A DNA stretch of 64,000 bases. It comes from an uncultured delta proteobacterium (GTDB lineage Bacteria; Myxococcota; Kuafuiibacteriia; Kuafuiibacteriales; Kuafuiibacteriaceae). The stretch is from assembly GCA_963803435.1 (NCBI GenBank), contig CAWDML010000009.1:96001-160000 (forward strand), written 5' to 3'. The position numbers and the translations under genes are program-made. Below the pieces are notes generated by a model. It made no database searches. It saw only the letters and a list, made by a program, of their open reading frames with translations, and was not told the DNA's origin. Positions 47,760 to 57,568 of this stretch are shown piece by piece; position 1 is the stretch's first letter, and each line of letters begins with the position of its first letter.

Positions 47760-49538
47760 TCACTCTTTGGTGAGCTCCGCGATCACGCTGATGGAGCTCT
47801 TGGTGTCGGGAAAGGCGGTCTTTTCCCACGGCGCGAAGCCGTCGGCGAGGACGCGGATCGCGTAGCCCCGGTTCTGGAACTCGTGATGCATCACCAGCGG
47901 CGTGCGCCCCACGTAGCCGCCGTCGATCTCGACGGTGGCGCCTGAGGGCCGGCTCAACACGGTCAGCAGTCCGATCGGCTTGGTCTCGACCACGCCCGTG
48001 TCGGGCGCCGCGACGACGACCGCGGCGTCGGGGAGGGCGACCACCTCCGGGGGCGGCGGCACGCTGCTCGCGCTCGAGCGCGCCTTGAGGCCGAAGCCGA
48101 CGGCGACGACCAGCGCGAGCCCGGCGAGACTGAGCGCGACGCGGACCGCGGTGTGCTGCGGCGCCTCCGGGCCCAGCGAGGGCGCGGAGGTGCGGCGCGA
48201 GAGGTCGCTGGTCGCGGGGCGCGCGGGTCGCGTGGCGAGCGCGGCCAGGTGCTCGCTGGAGAGGGGCTGCGTGGGGCCTGAGGAGGCGGGCGCGGGGGCC
48301 GGCAGCGTGAGGGCTGCGGGCTTGGCGGGTGGGGTCACGGCGGCGCCGTCGTCGACATGATCACCGAGCACGTGAGACCAGGCGTCGGAGGTGGCGGGTG
48401 CCGTCGGCGCGGTCGGGGTCTCGACCGGGATGCGGACCGCGGGCCCGTCTCCGCTCGCGGGGCTCGCCGTGCGCTTCGCTTGCCGGTCGGGGCCCGCTCG
48501 GGCGAAGCCCTGCCACCCGTCTCCGCTCGCCGGGCCCGAGTCGTGCGCCGGCGGGCTGCCGATGGTCTCGGCGAGGCCGCACATGATCGCGTCGAAGGCG
48601 GCCGGCTCGTGCTCCGAGTTGAGCAGCGCGGCCCGGCCCCGCTCGACGCCGACGGGGACGAACTCGTCGATCATGCGCTCCAGCACCGCGCCGCCCGGGA
48701 TCGCGATGCGCGCGGACGCGGCCTCCGCACCGATCGCTTCGGCGAGGGTGCGGGCGTTGTGGAAGCGATGATTGGGATCGGGCGCGAGCGCGCGCCCGAG
48801 CACCTGGACGAGCTCGCGCCGCGGATCGGGGAGCGCACCGGGAAGCTCCGGTGGGCGGCCCTCGATCGCGGCTTGCGCGATCGACGTCGGGTTCTGGCCT
48901 TCGCGGTAGCGATGGCCGGAGAGGAGTTCGTAGTAGAGGACGCCCAGGCTGTAGACGTCGGCGCGCGGATCGAGCGGCTCGCCGCGGGCCGCCTCGGGCG
49001 CGAGGAGCCGGTGGCGATCGCCGCGGCCCTGGAGGCGCGGCAGCAGGACCGCGGAGAGCGCCGGGAGCCCGTCGCCGAAGAGCCGGAGCTGACCGCCCGG
49101 ATCGATCAGGACGGTGCCCGCATGGATCTCGCGGTGGACACGCGGGAACCCGTCGGGCGCGATCGTCCCGTGCAGCGCCTGGACGACCTTGCACAGCTCC
49201 ACCAGCACCGCGGCAGAGAGGGGCGAACCGAGCGGAGAGCCGGACCAGACCAGGGCGGACAGGAGCGTGTCGAGGCGGAGCAGCGCCGGGTCGACCGCGT
49301 CGAGGATGAGGGTGATCAGCGTGGGCGCGATCTCGAGATCGATCGGTCCGACGACGCCGGGAATGCGGAGACCCTGGGCGTGCGGCGCTTCCCCTGCGAT
49401 CGCGTCGAGGGCGCCGCGGGAGAGCGGGCGGGAGAAATGGACCGAAACGGCGAGGCAGGTCCGGCCCGAGGCGTCGAGGCGGGGTTCTGCGTTGCGCCCG
49501 GCGATCGCATCCCTCAGCTCGTCGTAGAGGAGCGTCAC
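47760..49538 (-). CDS. Pseudokinase with a TM segment and a C-terminal PEGA domain
   Basis: VHREIHAGTVLI (for HRDxxxxN), LFGDG (for DFG), LAPE and RADVYSLG. TM segment, then LTVLSRPSGATVEIDG.YVGRTPL. Confidence 0.8.
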   Translation of the reverse strand: MTLLYDELRDAIAGRNAEPRLDASGRTCLAVSVHFSRPLSRGALDAIAGEAPHAQGLRIPGVVGPIDLEIAPTLITLILDAVDPALLRLDTLLSALVWSGSPLGSPLSAAVLVELCKVVQALHGTIAPDGFPRVHREIHAGTVLIDPGGQLRLFGDGLPALSAVLLPRLQGRGDRHRLLAPEAARGEPLDPRADVYSLGVLYYELLSGHRYREGQNPTSIAQAAIEGRPPELPGALPDPRRELVQVLGRALAPDPNHRFHNARTLAEAIGAEAASARIAIPGGAVLERMIDEFVPVGVERGRAALLNSEHEPAAFDAIMCGLAETIGSPPAHDSGPASGDGWQGFARAGPDRQAKRTASPASGDGPAVRIPVETPTAPTAPATSDAWSHVLGDHVDDGAAVTPPAKPAALTLPAPAPASSGPTQPLSSEHLAALATRPARPATSDLSRRTSAPSLGPEAPQHTAVRVALSLAGLALVVAVGFGLKARSSASSVPPPPEVVALPDAAVVVAAPDTGVVETKPIGLLTVLSRPSGATVEIDGGYVGRTPLVMHHEFQNRGYAIRVLADGFAPWEKTAFPDTKSSISVIAELTKE

Positions 49539-49598
49539 GACACTTCTTTCGTCTACAATGAGGCCAGGCCGAAGCCGGTGGGAGTTTAAGGGATTCCG

Positions 49599-50474
49599 GT
49601 GCGGATCGCGAGCGTCTCGGACATTCATACCGACTTCGCGGAGAACCGCGAGGTCCTGGTCAAGCTCGCGGCCGAAATCCATACGCGCGCCCCGGACGTG
49701 GTGATCGTCGCAGGGGACGTCTCCCACAAGAATGAGCGGATCGAGCGCGCGCTGAAGGCGCTGTCGTACGTGGCCGATCGGGTCGCGTACATTCCGGGCA
49801 ACCACGACCTCTGGTACGACGTCCCCTTTGCGCCCGGGCGTCGCGATCTGAACACTTGGGATCGGTACCGGAGCGAGCTCCTCGAGCTGACCCAGCGCAC
49901 CGGCGCGCACTACCTCCCCGCCGGGCCGCTCGTGGTCGGTCGCGTCGCCATCGCCGGCACGTGCGGCTGGTACGACTACTCGCTGACGCCCGAGGCGATC
50001 CGCAACTCGATCGGCGAGGAGGCCCTGGCCGGCAAGCAGTTCGGCGGCGTCATGTGGAGCGACGCCCGCTTCATCGCCTTTCGCGATCCGCTGGGCGAGC
50101 TGATGCACGACGGCGAGGTGGCGCGCACCATGGAGCGCGAGCTCTCCACGCAGCTCGAGGCCATCGATCGCGATCCTGCGATCGATCATACGGTGGTGGT
50201 GACGCACCACCAGCCTTTCGACGAGGTCGTCGCGCACACCGGGACGCTCCCCTGGGAGTTCTTCAACGCGTTCATGGGCAGCAGCGGCCTCGGTCGCGTC
50301 ATCCAGAGCGCGAGCAAGGCCAAGGTCGCGATCTACGGTCACACGCATCTGGTCGGAGAGACCAACATCGACGATCTGCGCGTGTACGGGACGCCCCTCG
50401 GCTACCCGCGGGAGCGCAAGGGCCTCAGCCTCGAGGAGGTGCTCCGCACGCGGATCGGGTGGATCGAGATCTGA
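49599..50474 (+). CDS. Calcineurin-like metallophosphoesterase
   Basis: SDIH, AGDV, PGNHDLW, VTHHQP and YGHTH. Confidence 0.92.
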   Translation: MRIASVSDIHTDFAENREVLVKLAAEIHTRAPDVVIVAGDVSHKNERIERALKALSYVADRVAYIPGNHDLWYDVPFAPGRRDLNTWDRYRSELLELTQRTGAHYLPAGPLVVGRVAIAGTCGWYDYSLTPEAIRNSIGEEALAGKQFGGVMWSDARFIAFRDPLGELMHDGEVARTMERELSTQLEAIDRDPAIDHTVVVTHHQPFDEVVAHTGTLPWEFFNAFMGSSGLGRVIQSASKAKVAIYGHTHLVGETNIDDLRVYGTPLGYPRERKGLSLEEVLRTRIGWIEI

Positions 50475-50483
50475 GGCTCGGCG

Positions 50484-50882
50484 TCAGGGACCGGTTCGGA
50501 AGCGTCGGACCAGATCGGAGCGCATGCGCGCGCCCGAGACGGCCCGGAGCTCGGCGGCGGTGACGGTGAGCGCGAAGAACGTGTCCGGCGCGAGCGGATC
50601 GGTCCTGAGCACCGCGGTGTTGGTCTCGTCGTCGTAGGTGTCGAGCGAGAGGGCCAGGCCGCGGATCGGCGAGCCTTGCTCGGTGGTCTCCTCGAGGCGG
50701 ACGGCGCCCTGGATTTGGTCGGCCACCACGGGCTCGGAGAACACGATCGCGAGGGGCCGCTCGCCCGAGGCCACCACCGAGCCGTTGCCCGGGCTGGTGT
50801 CGAGCACGACCAGCGGCTCGGGCGCCACCAGCTCGGCGTTGCCGCACGCGGCCAGGGCGAGGAGGAGCACAGCCGATCTCAT
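50484..50882 (-). CDS. Small lipoprotein with an SbsA/Big_5 Ig-like domain
   Basis: LAAC lipobox. V..TSP.NG..V......I.FSEPV and PL..DT.F.L.V......SG......RF.T. Confidence 0.8.
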   Translation of the reverse strand: MRSAVLLLALAACGNAELVAPEPLVVLDTSPGNGSVVASGERPLAIVFSEPVVADQIQGAVRLEETTEQGSPIRGLALSLDTYDDETNTAVLRTDPLAPDTFFALTVTAAELRAVSGARMRSDLVRRFRTGP

Positions 50883-51886
50883 CGGACCTCCAGCGCGGAC
50901 ACCGCGGTGACCCCGGCGCCGATGGCGAGCGTCACCAGGTAGGTGCCCCGGGTGCTCGGGATCAGCCGCCGGCACTCGTCCACAGGGCAGCCGGTGGCGA
51001 AGTCGTTGAGCGTGTCCGCTCCGCCGGAGGGATCGGCGGCCAGCGACCACACGCGCCGCGCATGCAGCCCGGCGGTGGACGTGGGGACGTAGCTGGCGCG
51101 GCTGTCGAACAGGACGATCTGTCCGATCCGCGAGGTGGCGCGGGCGTCGATGCACGGCTGAGGTCGCGCATCGGCAGGCGGAGGCGCGGCGAACACCGCC
51201 ACGGTGGCCACGACCAGCGGCGAGGCGCCGGCCGGTCCCACCAGCCTGCCGGCGATCCAGTACTCGCCGGGCCGGGGCGGGACGAAGGTGAGCTCTCCGA
51301 TCGGTCCCTGCGGCGACGCGATCGAGAGCTCGCCCGTGTCGGCGCCGAGCGGCAGCCGGATGAAGGTCCACTCGATCGAGAGCCGATCCTCGAGCGATCG
51401 CGGATAGGCCAGCATCACCGGATCGATCGCGATGTGCCGCGCGTCGAGACCGCACGGCGCGAGCTGGAGATGATCGGCGTCGGCGTTGCACGTCCTTGGT
51501 GCGAGGCCGAGGGCGAGGGGTGACGTCGAGGTGCCGATCGCGGGGACGGCGGTGAGCGTGACGAGATCGCGGCTGACGAAGTCACCGTCCGAGACCGTGA
51601 GGCTAGCGACGTACGTGCCCAGACGATCGGGCGCCAGGCTGGCCAGCGCCCGGCGGGCGTCCGAGATCGTGGTTGAGGAGCCGTCCGGCCGCGCCTCGAG
51701 GCGCCAGTCGTAGGCGAGGCGATCTCCGTCGGGGTCGAGGCTCCGGGTCGCGTCGAGCACCAGCGTATCGCCCAGCGCCACCTCCGCGTCGAAGCCGGCG
51801 AACGCGGTGGGAGGCCGGGCCACGCGGACCTCGTGGGTCGTGCAGGCCGAGGCGAGGAGCGCGATCAGGGTGGTCGTCGCTCGCAC
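50879..51886 (-). CDS. PKD-domain lipoprotein
   Basis: ASAC lipobox. P.A.AG.D..V.LG..L.LDA.RS.DPDGD.L.Y.W....P.GS and PD..G.Y...L.VSDG. Confidence 0.8.
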   Translation of the reverse strand: MRATTTLIALLASACTTHEVRVARPPTAFAGFDAEVALGDTLVLDATRSLDPDGDRLAYDWRLEARPDGSSTTISDARRALASLAPDRLGTYVASLTVSDGDFVSRDLVTLTAVPAIGTSTSPLALGLAPRTCNADADHLQLAPCGLDARHIAIDPVMLAYPRSLEDRLSIEWTFIRLPLGADTGELSIASPQGPIGELTFVPPRPGEYWIAGRLVGPAGASPLVVATVAVFAAPPPADARPQPCIDARATSRIGQIVLFDSRASYVPTSTAGLHARRVWSLAADPSGGADTLNDFATGCPVDECRRLIPSTRGTYLVTLAIGAGVTAVSALEVR

Positions 51887-51934
51887 CGGTCGGAAGCGTA
51901 GCGTCGGCCCGGCTTTCGCGCTACGTCCTCGCCC

Positions 51935-53338
51935 GTGGCGGTCCCTCTCCTCGCCGCGCTCCTCGCCACCGGCACGGTGGCGGTCGACTACTCCGATCTC
52001 CACGTCAGCCTCACCCGACACACGCTCGAGCGCTACGTCGCCGATCTGGAGCAGGTGAAGGAGAAGAGCGTGCTCCGCGTGCTCACGCGGAACAACTCGG
52101 AGGACTACTTCATCGAGCGCGGAGAGGAGCGCGGCTTCCAGCTCGAGCTGGCCCGGGCCTTCGCGGACGAGCTCGGCGTGCGCGTGGCCTTCGTGGTCCC
52201 GCCTTCCCGCGACGATTTGATCGGCGGCCTGCTGACGGGCGAGGGGGATCTGATCGCGACCGGCATGACCGTATCGCCCGCGCGCGCGGAGAAGGTGCGG
52301 TTCACGCGCTCGGTGCTGGAGGCCCAGCGCGTGGTGGTCACGCACCCGTTGATCGTCAAGACCATCGCCACCGTGGAGGACCTCGCCGAGCTCAGGATCG
52401 CCGTCAGCTTCCGCTCCACCACCTATCGCGACGCGCTCGATCTGGAGCGTGCCACCGGGATCGAGCTCCACCTCGAGGACGTCACCGACGGCGTCGAGAT
52501 GGAGGAGATGATGCAGCGCGTGGAGGACGGCGCGTACGAGGCCACCATCGCCGACTCCAACCTCGTCGATCTGGCCCGCGCGATGGGCGTCGAGGTGGTG
52601 CCCCGGGTCGCGATCGGCGAGCCGCACGAGAAGGCCTGGGCCGTCCACCCGGCGGCGTCCGCGCTGCAGGAGGCCGCCGATGCCTTCCTCGAGCGGAGCC
52701 GCAAGAACGGTCTGATCCGGATCTTCTACGCGCGCTACTACGAGACCCGATCCAAGTGGGCGAAGAAGGCGCACGACGAGGAGCTCCGCACCGACGTGAA
52801 GGGCGTGATCTCTCCCTACGATCGGCTCTTCAAGCGCGCCGCCAAGGAGACGGGGCTCGACTGGCGGCTGCTGGCCGCCGTCGCCTACACCGAGTCGCGC
52901 TTCGACCCCAAGGCGCACAGCGTCTGGGGTGCGGTCGGCCTGATGCAGATGCTGCCGTCCACGGCCAAGGGGCTGGGCGTGAAGGGCTCGCTCGACGATC
53001 CCGCCATCAACATCCTGGCCGGCGCGCGGTACTTGAAGCGGCTGGTGTCGATCTTCGAGCAGGACGAGATCGAGAAGCGGCAGCGGATCCGCTTCGCGGT
53101 GGCGGCCTACAACGCGGGCATCGGTCACATCCTCGACGCGCGGGCGCTCGCCCGCCAGACCGGACGCGATCCCAATCGATGGTTCAAGAACGTCGAGGAT
53201 GCGCTGGCCTTGAAGACGGATCCGAAGTGGCACGAGAAGACGAGGTACGGCTACTGTCGCGCCGGCGAGACGATCGGCTATGTCAGCGCGGTCCAGTCGC
53301 GCTACGACGTCTACGCGCGGCACGTCCCGCTTGACTGA
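51935..53338 (+). CDS. mltF: MltF-like lytic murein transglycosylase (SBP plus SLT domains)
   Basis: LRVLTRN....YF...G..RGF..EL, ISPYD.LF...A....DWRLLAA.AY.ES.FDP, GA.GLMQ, AAYNAG.GH..DA and RYGYCR..E...YV. Confidence 0.85.
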   Translation: MAVPLLAALLATGTVAVDYSDLHVSLTRHTLERYVADLEQVKEKSVLRVLTRNNSEDYFIERGEERGFQLELARAFADELGVRVAFVVPPSRDDLIGGLLTGEGDLIATGMTVSPARAEKVRFTRSVLEAQRVVVTHPLIVKTIATVEDLAELRIAVSFRSTTYRDALDLERATGIELHLEDVTDGVEMEEMMQRVEDGAYEATIADSNLVDLARAMGVEVVPRVAIGEPHEKAWAVHPAASALQEAADAFLERSRKNGLIRIFYARYYETRSKWAKKAHDEELRTDVKGVISPYDRLFKRAAKETGLDWRLLAAVAYTESRFDPKAHSVWGAVGLMQMLPSTAKGLGVKGSLDDPAINILAGARYLKRLVSIFEQDEIEKRQRIRFAVAAYNAGIGHILDARALARQTGRDPNRWFKNVEDALALKTDPKWHEKTRYGYCRAGETIGYVSAVQSRYDVYARHVPLD

Positions 53339-53365
53339 GGGCGCGCGCCTCTCGACTGTCGCCCG

Positions 53366-55157
53366 GTGGTTCCCTCTCCCGAGCCGCTGATCAACCTCTT
53401 CCTGGCGCGCGCGAAGGCCGCGTCGGATCGGGTCGCCACCTACTCGAAGGTCGAGGGCCGCTGGGTGGGCACCACCTGGCGCGAGGCCCGCATCTCGGTG
53501 GAGGAGTGCGCGCTCGGTCTGGTCGAGCTGGGCGCGTCGCGCGGGACGCCGGTCGGGATCTCGAGCCACACGCGACGGGAGTGGGGGATGATGGACATGG
53601 CGACGATCGCGATCGGCGGCGTCACCATCGGGATCTATCCCACGCTCACCGGACCTCAGGCGCGGCAGCTCCTCGAGCTGTCGGGGGCGCGGATCGTCTT
53701 CGTCGACGATCGCGCACAGCGGGTGAAGCTGCAGGAGGCGTGCGCCGGGCTCGACCCTCCGCTCACGATCGTCACGATGGAGCCCCGCGCCGAGGGAGAG
53801 CGCACCCTCACGCTCGACGAGCTGCGGCGGCGCGGCGCGCGACGCCGGAAGGAGCAGCCCGAGGAGTTCCATCGCCGCGCGGGCGAGGCCAAGAGCAGCG
53901 ACGTCGTCAGCTACATCTACACCTCCGGCACCACCGGCGAGCCGAAGGGCGCGATGCTCACGCACGCCAACTTCCACTACGTCATTCACGCGACCAACGC
54001 GCTGATCCCGTACGGCGGAGAGCGCGCGCTGGTCTTCCTCCCGCTGGCCCATTCGCTCCAGCGCTATGCCAGCTACCTGGGGTTGATCGTCGACGTCGAG
54101 GGCTACTACTGCGAGAGCTTCGACAACGTCCCCGAGTACCTGCTCGAGGTGCGCCCGACGATCTTCGCGCTGGTTCCGCGGGTGCTGGAGAAGATCCACG
54201 CCCGGGCGCTGGCCGCCGGCGCCGAGGGCCCGCCGCTGAAGCGCCGCCTCTTCGATCGATCGATGTCGGTGCTCCACGACGTGGGCCGTCTCCGGCGCGA
54301 CGGCGGGGTGCCCGGGCTGCGGCAGCGCCTCTACGCCCGGGCCGCGGATCGGCTGATCGCGACGCGCGTGCGTGAGCGGATGGGCGGACGGGTCAAGTAC
54401 ATCGGATCGGGCGGCGCGCCCCTGGCCCGCGCCACCCACGAGTTCTTCGAGGACATCGGCATCCCGATCCTCGAGGGCTACGGCCTCACGGAGACCTCGG
54501 CCCCCGCGTGCATCAACACGCTCACGCATCGGCGGATCGGGACCGTCGGCAGGCCCCTCCCGGGGACCGAGATCCAGCTCGCCGGCGACGGCGAGATCCT
54601 GATCCGGGGCCCGGGCGTCTTCCAGGGGTACTTCCGGAACGAGCCCGCGACCAAGGCCTCGTTCACCGGCGACGGCTGGTTCAAGTCGGGCGACATCGGC
54701 GTGATGAGCCGCGACGGCTTCCTGATGATCACGGATCGGAAGAAGGATCTCGATCATCACCGCCGGCGGAAAGAACATCGCGCCGCAGCCGCTCGAGAAC
54801 GAGCTCAAGCGACACCCGTTCATCGGTCAGGCCGTGGTGGTGGGCGACAACCGGCCCTACCTGACCGCGCTGGTCGCGCTCGATCCCGAGGCGAAGACGC
54901 AGCTGAGCCAGCGCTACCACGTGCCCGACGACGCCGACGCCGAGGCCTTCCTCTCCGTCCCCGAGGTGCGCGCCGAGCTCGATCGGCACCTGGCGGACGT
55001 CAACCGGGACCGCGCCGGCTTCGAGCAGATCAAGAAGTTCGGCCTGCTGCCGCGGGAGATGACGATCGAGTCCGGCGAGCTCACGCCCACGCTCAAGGTG
55101 AAGCGGCGCGTGGTCAACGAGCGCTACGAGGACCGCATCGAGGCCCTCTATCGTTGA
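53366..55157 (+). CDS. Long-chain fatty acid--CoA ligase, frameshift near 54750
   Basis: YTSGTTGEPKGAMLTH.N, LPLAH, VPRVLEK, EGYGLTET and GWFKSGD.G. ITDRKKDL continues after one extra base as IITAGGKNIAPQPLEN, ending ELTPTLKVKR. Confidence 0.92.
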
Positions 55158-55160
55158 GGC

Positions 55161-57533
55161 TCACGGGTTCGCCGTCACGGGGATGGAGACGCCCTCGAAC
55201 CGCGTGCCTGCCAGGACGTTGACGACCTGATCCGGAGACCGGCTGAGAACAATCCCGCGCTGCTGGTCCCGGAAGGTGCCGTCGCCGAGGCGCGCCGCGC
55301 TCGATCCGAGCAGGAGACCGGACTCGGCACCTTCGAGGAGAAACCGCTCCATCGTCAGCTCCGAGACGGTCGAGGCGTCGAGGGCCGAGATCGCGTCGGG
55401 ATCGAGCTCGGCGACGGCGAGATCCTCGATGACGACCGGGACGTAGACCTCGAACGTGAGCCCGTGGCGCGCCGCGCCCGTCACCCGGGCGCGGCTCAGG
55501 GTCACCGGCGTCCCCTGGACGAGGATGCCGCGCCCGCAGGACTCGAGGCTGAGGTCGGTGAGATCGAGCTCGGCGGCTGTCCCCAATCCGAGGCAGTTCG
55601 ACGCCGAGCCGCGGATCGCGATCCGCGATCCGGTCAGGCATGAGGCCGAGCCCCCGATGTCGACGGAGGAGGAGAGGTCATCGGCGATCGCGGGAGTCCC
55701 GTCGACGGTCAGGTCGAACGCCACCACGCGGGCGCCCCGATCGAAGAGCGCGGACGTGAACCCGGCGATGTGGGCCCTCCGGAACACCACCTGGCCGCCG
55801 CCGTCCAGATAGACCGCGTGGGGCGCCGCGGGCTGGGCCGCGCGGCAGCTCAGGTCGGTGAGCTCGGCGTTGGCACGACCGCCCACCGCCACGCACAGGG
55901 CTGAATTGGGGAGGGACGCCACCGACGCCCTCTCCAGCTGAAAGGACGACGCGTCCCCGACCGAGAAGGCCACGCTGTTGGGGGCGCCTCCGAGCGGGGG
56001 AGGACCCACCTCGACGAGGGCGTCGGTCACCGAGACCCTCGAGCGGCCGGCGGCGATCCCGGTGGCGGCCGAGCCGAGGATGACGATGCGGTCGACGGAG
56101 AGCGTCGACGAGAGCGCGCGGACGCCGGCGCCGCCGCTCGTAGGATCGCGCACCGTCACGTCCGCGAGGGAGACCGAGCTCGAGTCGACGCGCAGCGCAG
56201 GCATGCCGTCGCCCGCGATGGTCACATCCTCGGCCCTGACCTGCGAGTGCACGAGGTTGAGCCCGACGATCTGATCGATCGGGCCGAATGCGAGATCCGC
56301 GCCAGCACGGCGCGTGAGAGCTCGAGGAGGATCGGGCCCTCGCTCGCGACCCGCGACATCGAGATCGTCGAGGTCCGCAACTCCGCGCCCGCGGCGAGCC
56401 TCGTGTCCGTGAGTGTGAGGTCCGAGACGTCCACGGAGAGCGCACCCGTGATCACGCTGCGCTCGATCACGACGCGTCCAGTGGCGCCCACGTCGCTCGC
56501 GACCAGCGAGCGATGGATCGAGACCTCGTCGACGTCTTCGAGCGGGACGGACAGAACCACGTCGGCGGAGATCGAGCGACGACGAGGGCGGGAGGCGGCC
56601 CTCGATCGTGAGGTTCGCCAGGTTCGCGCGCTCGGCGCTCGCGCTCAAGGCCAGCGTCGTGCCGGAGGCGCAGCGCCCGAGCACCCGAACGTCCCGGAGC
56701 GGGAGCGCCATCGCGTGCGCGCCCGGCTCGAGCGCGATCGTCCGGGACGGGTGTCCGACCGGATCCGCGTCGACGTCCATCAGCGCCTGGTCGGCGGCGC
56801 CCGGCTCGGGATCGACGATGACGGTGTCGGGCGGGAGATCCGGCGGCCAGCCGTCGCAGGGGGTCCCGGGGACGCGGCAGCCCTCGGCGTCGTCGAGGAA
56901 GTCGGCTTCGCCGGGCGCGCAGGCCGCTCCCGTCGCGAGGCCGCAGACGGCCCGACCCGCCACGTCCTCGACCGGTCCGAGGCAGCCCGCGGTGGACACC
57001 TCGAACGGCGCCGCCGGAAGGGTCGGCTGCTCCGGCGGCGCGGGATCGATCGGCATGCACGCACCGCACACGAAGCGCGCGGGATCGCCGGGCGGTGCGA
57101 CCGCGCAGCGCCCGCCCAGGAGGCAGACGTTCCAGCGCGACAGCGGCGTGAGGAGCTGACCGGTGTCGGGCGGATTGTCGAGGGCCTCGACGGCGACCTC
57201 ACCTTCGCGATGGACGATGCGCGCGCCGCCCGACGCGTGCGGCAGAGGAGTTCCGCGATCCGCCAGCTCGACCTCGCCCTCGACGAGCAGCAGCTCGCTG
57301 AGCGATCGACGGAAGTAGAAGAGCGCCACCGGCTCGTCGGCGACGCTCAGCGGCAGGCCCTCGGAGTCGAACGCTGCGCGGCCGAGGGCGAAGAACCGTC
57401 GCGCACCCTCGGGCGGTCCGACCGCCACCAGGATCGTCGCAGTGTCGTCCGGGAGCTCGATCCGGAGGCGCTCGGCGGGAACGCACGCCGCCGCCAGACA
57501 GAACGGGAGCACCCGACGCACAAAAAAAAGCAT
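55161..57533 (-). CDS. Large lipoprotein with a Cys-rich region and a right-handed parallel beta-helix (compensating frameshifts about 56280-56570)
   Basis: AAAC lipobox, TIAL.PG.H and V..LGRC..GT.L. Beta-helix repeats. The missing middle part is read in the 56222..56560 frame. Confidence 0.7.
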   Translation of the reverse strand: MLFFVRRVLPFCLAAACVPAERLRIELPDDTATILVAVGPPEGARRFFALGRAAFDSEGLPLSVADEPVALFYFRRSLSELLLVEGEVELADRGTPLPHASGGARIVHREGEVAVEALDNPPDTGQLLTPLSRWNVCLLGGRCAVAPPGDPARFVCGACMPIDPAPPEQPTLPAAPFEVSTAGCLGPVEDVAGRAVCGLATGAACAPGEADFLDDAEGCRVPGTPCDGWPPDLPPDTVIVDPEPGAADQALMDVDADPVGHPSRTIALEPGAHAMALPLRDVRVLGRCASGTTLALSASAERANLANLTIEGRLPPSSSLDLRRRGSVRPARRRRRGLDPSLAGRERRGRHWTRRDRAQRDHGCALRGRLGPHTHGHEARRGRGVADLDDLDVAGRERGPDPPRALTRRAGADLAFGPIDQIVGLNLVHSQVRAEDVTIAGDGMPALRVDSSSVSLADVTVRDPTSGGAGVRALSSTLSVDRIVILGSAATGIAAGRSRVSVTDALVEVGPPPLGGAPNSVAFSVGDASSFQLERASVASLPNSALCVAVGGRANAELTDLSCRAAQPAAPHAVYLDGGGQVVFRRAHIAGFTSALFDRGARVVAFDLTVDGTPAIADDLSSSVDIGGSASCLTGSRIAIRGSASNCLGLGTAAELDLTDLSLESCGRGILVQGTPVTLSRARVTGAARHGLTFEVYVPVVIEDLAVAELDPDAISALDASTVSELTMERFLLEGAESGLLLGSSAARLGDGTFRDQQRGIVLSRSPDQVVNVLAGTRFEGVSIPVTANP

Positions 57534-57568
57534 ACCGCCGCGCTGAACTTTCTTGATACGGAGCCACC

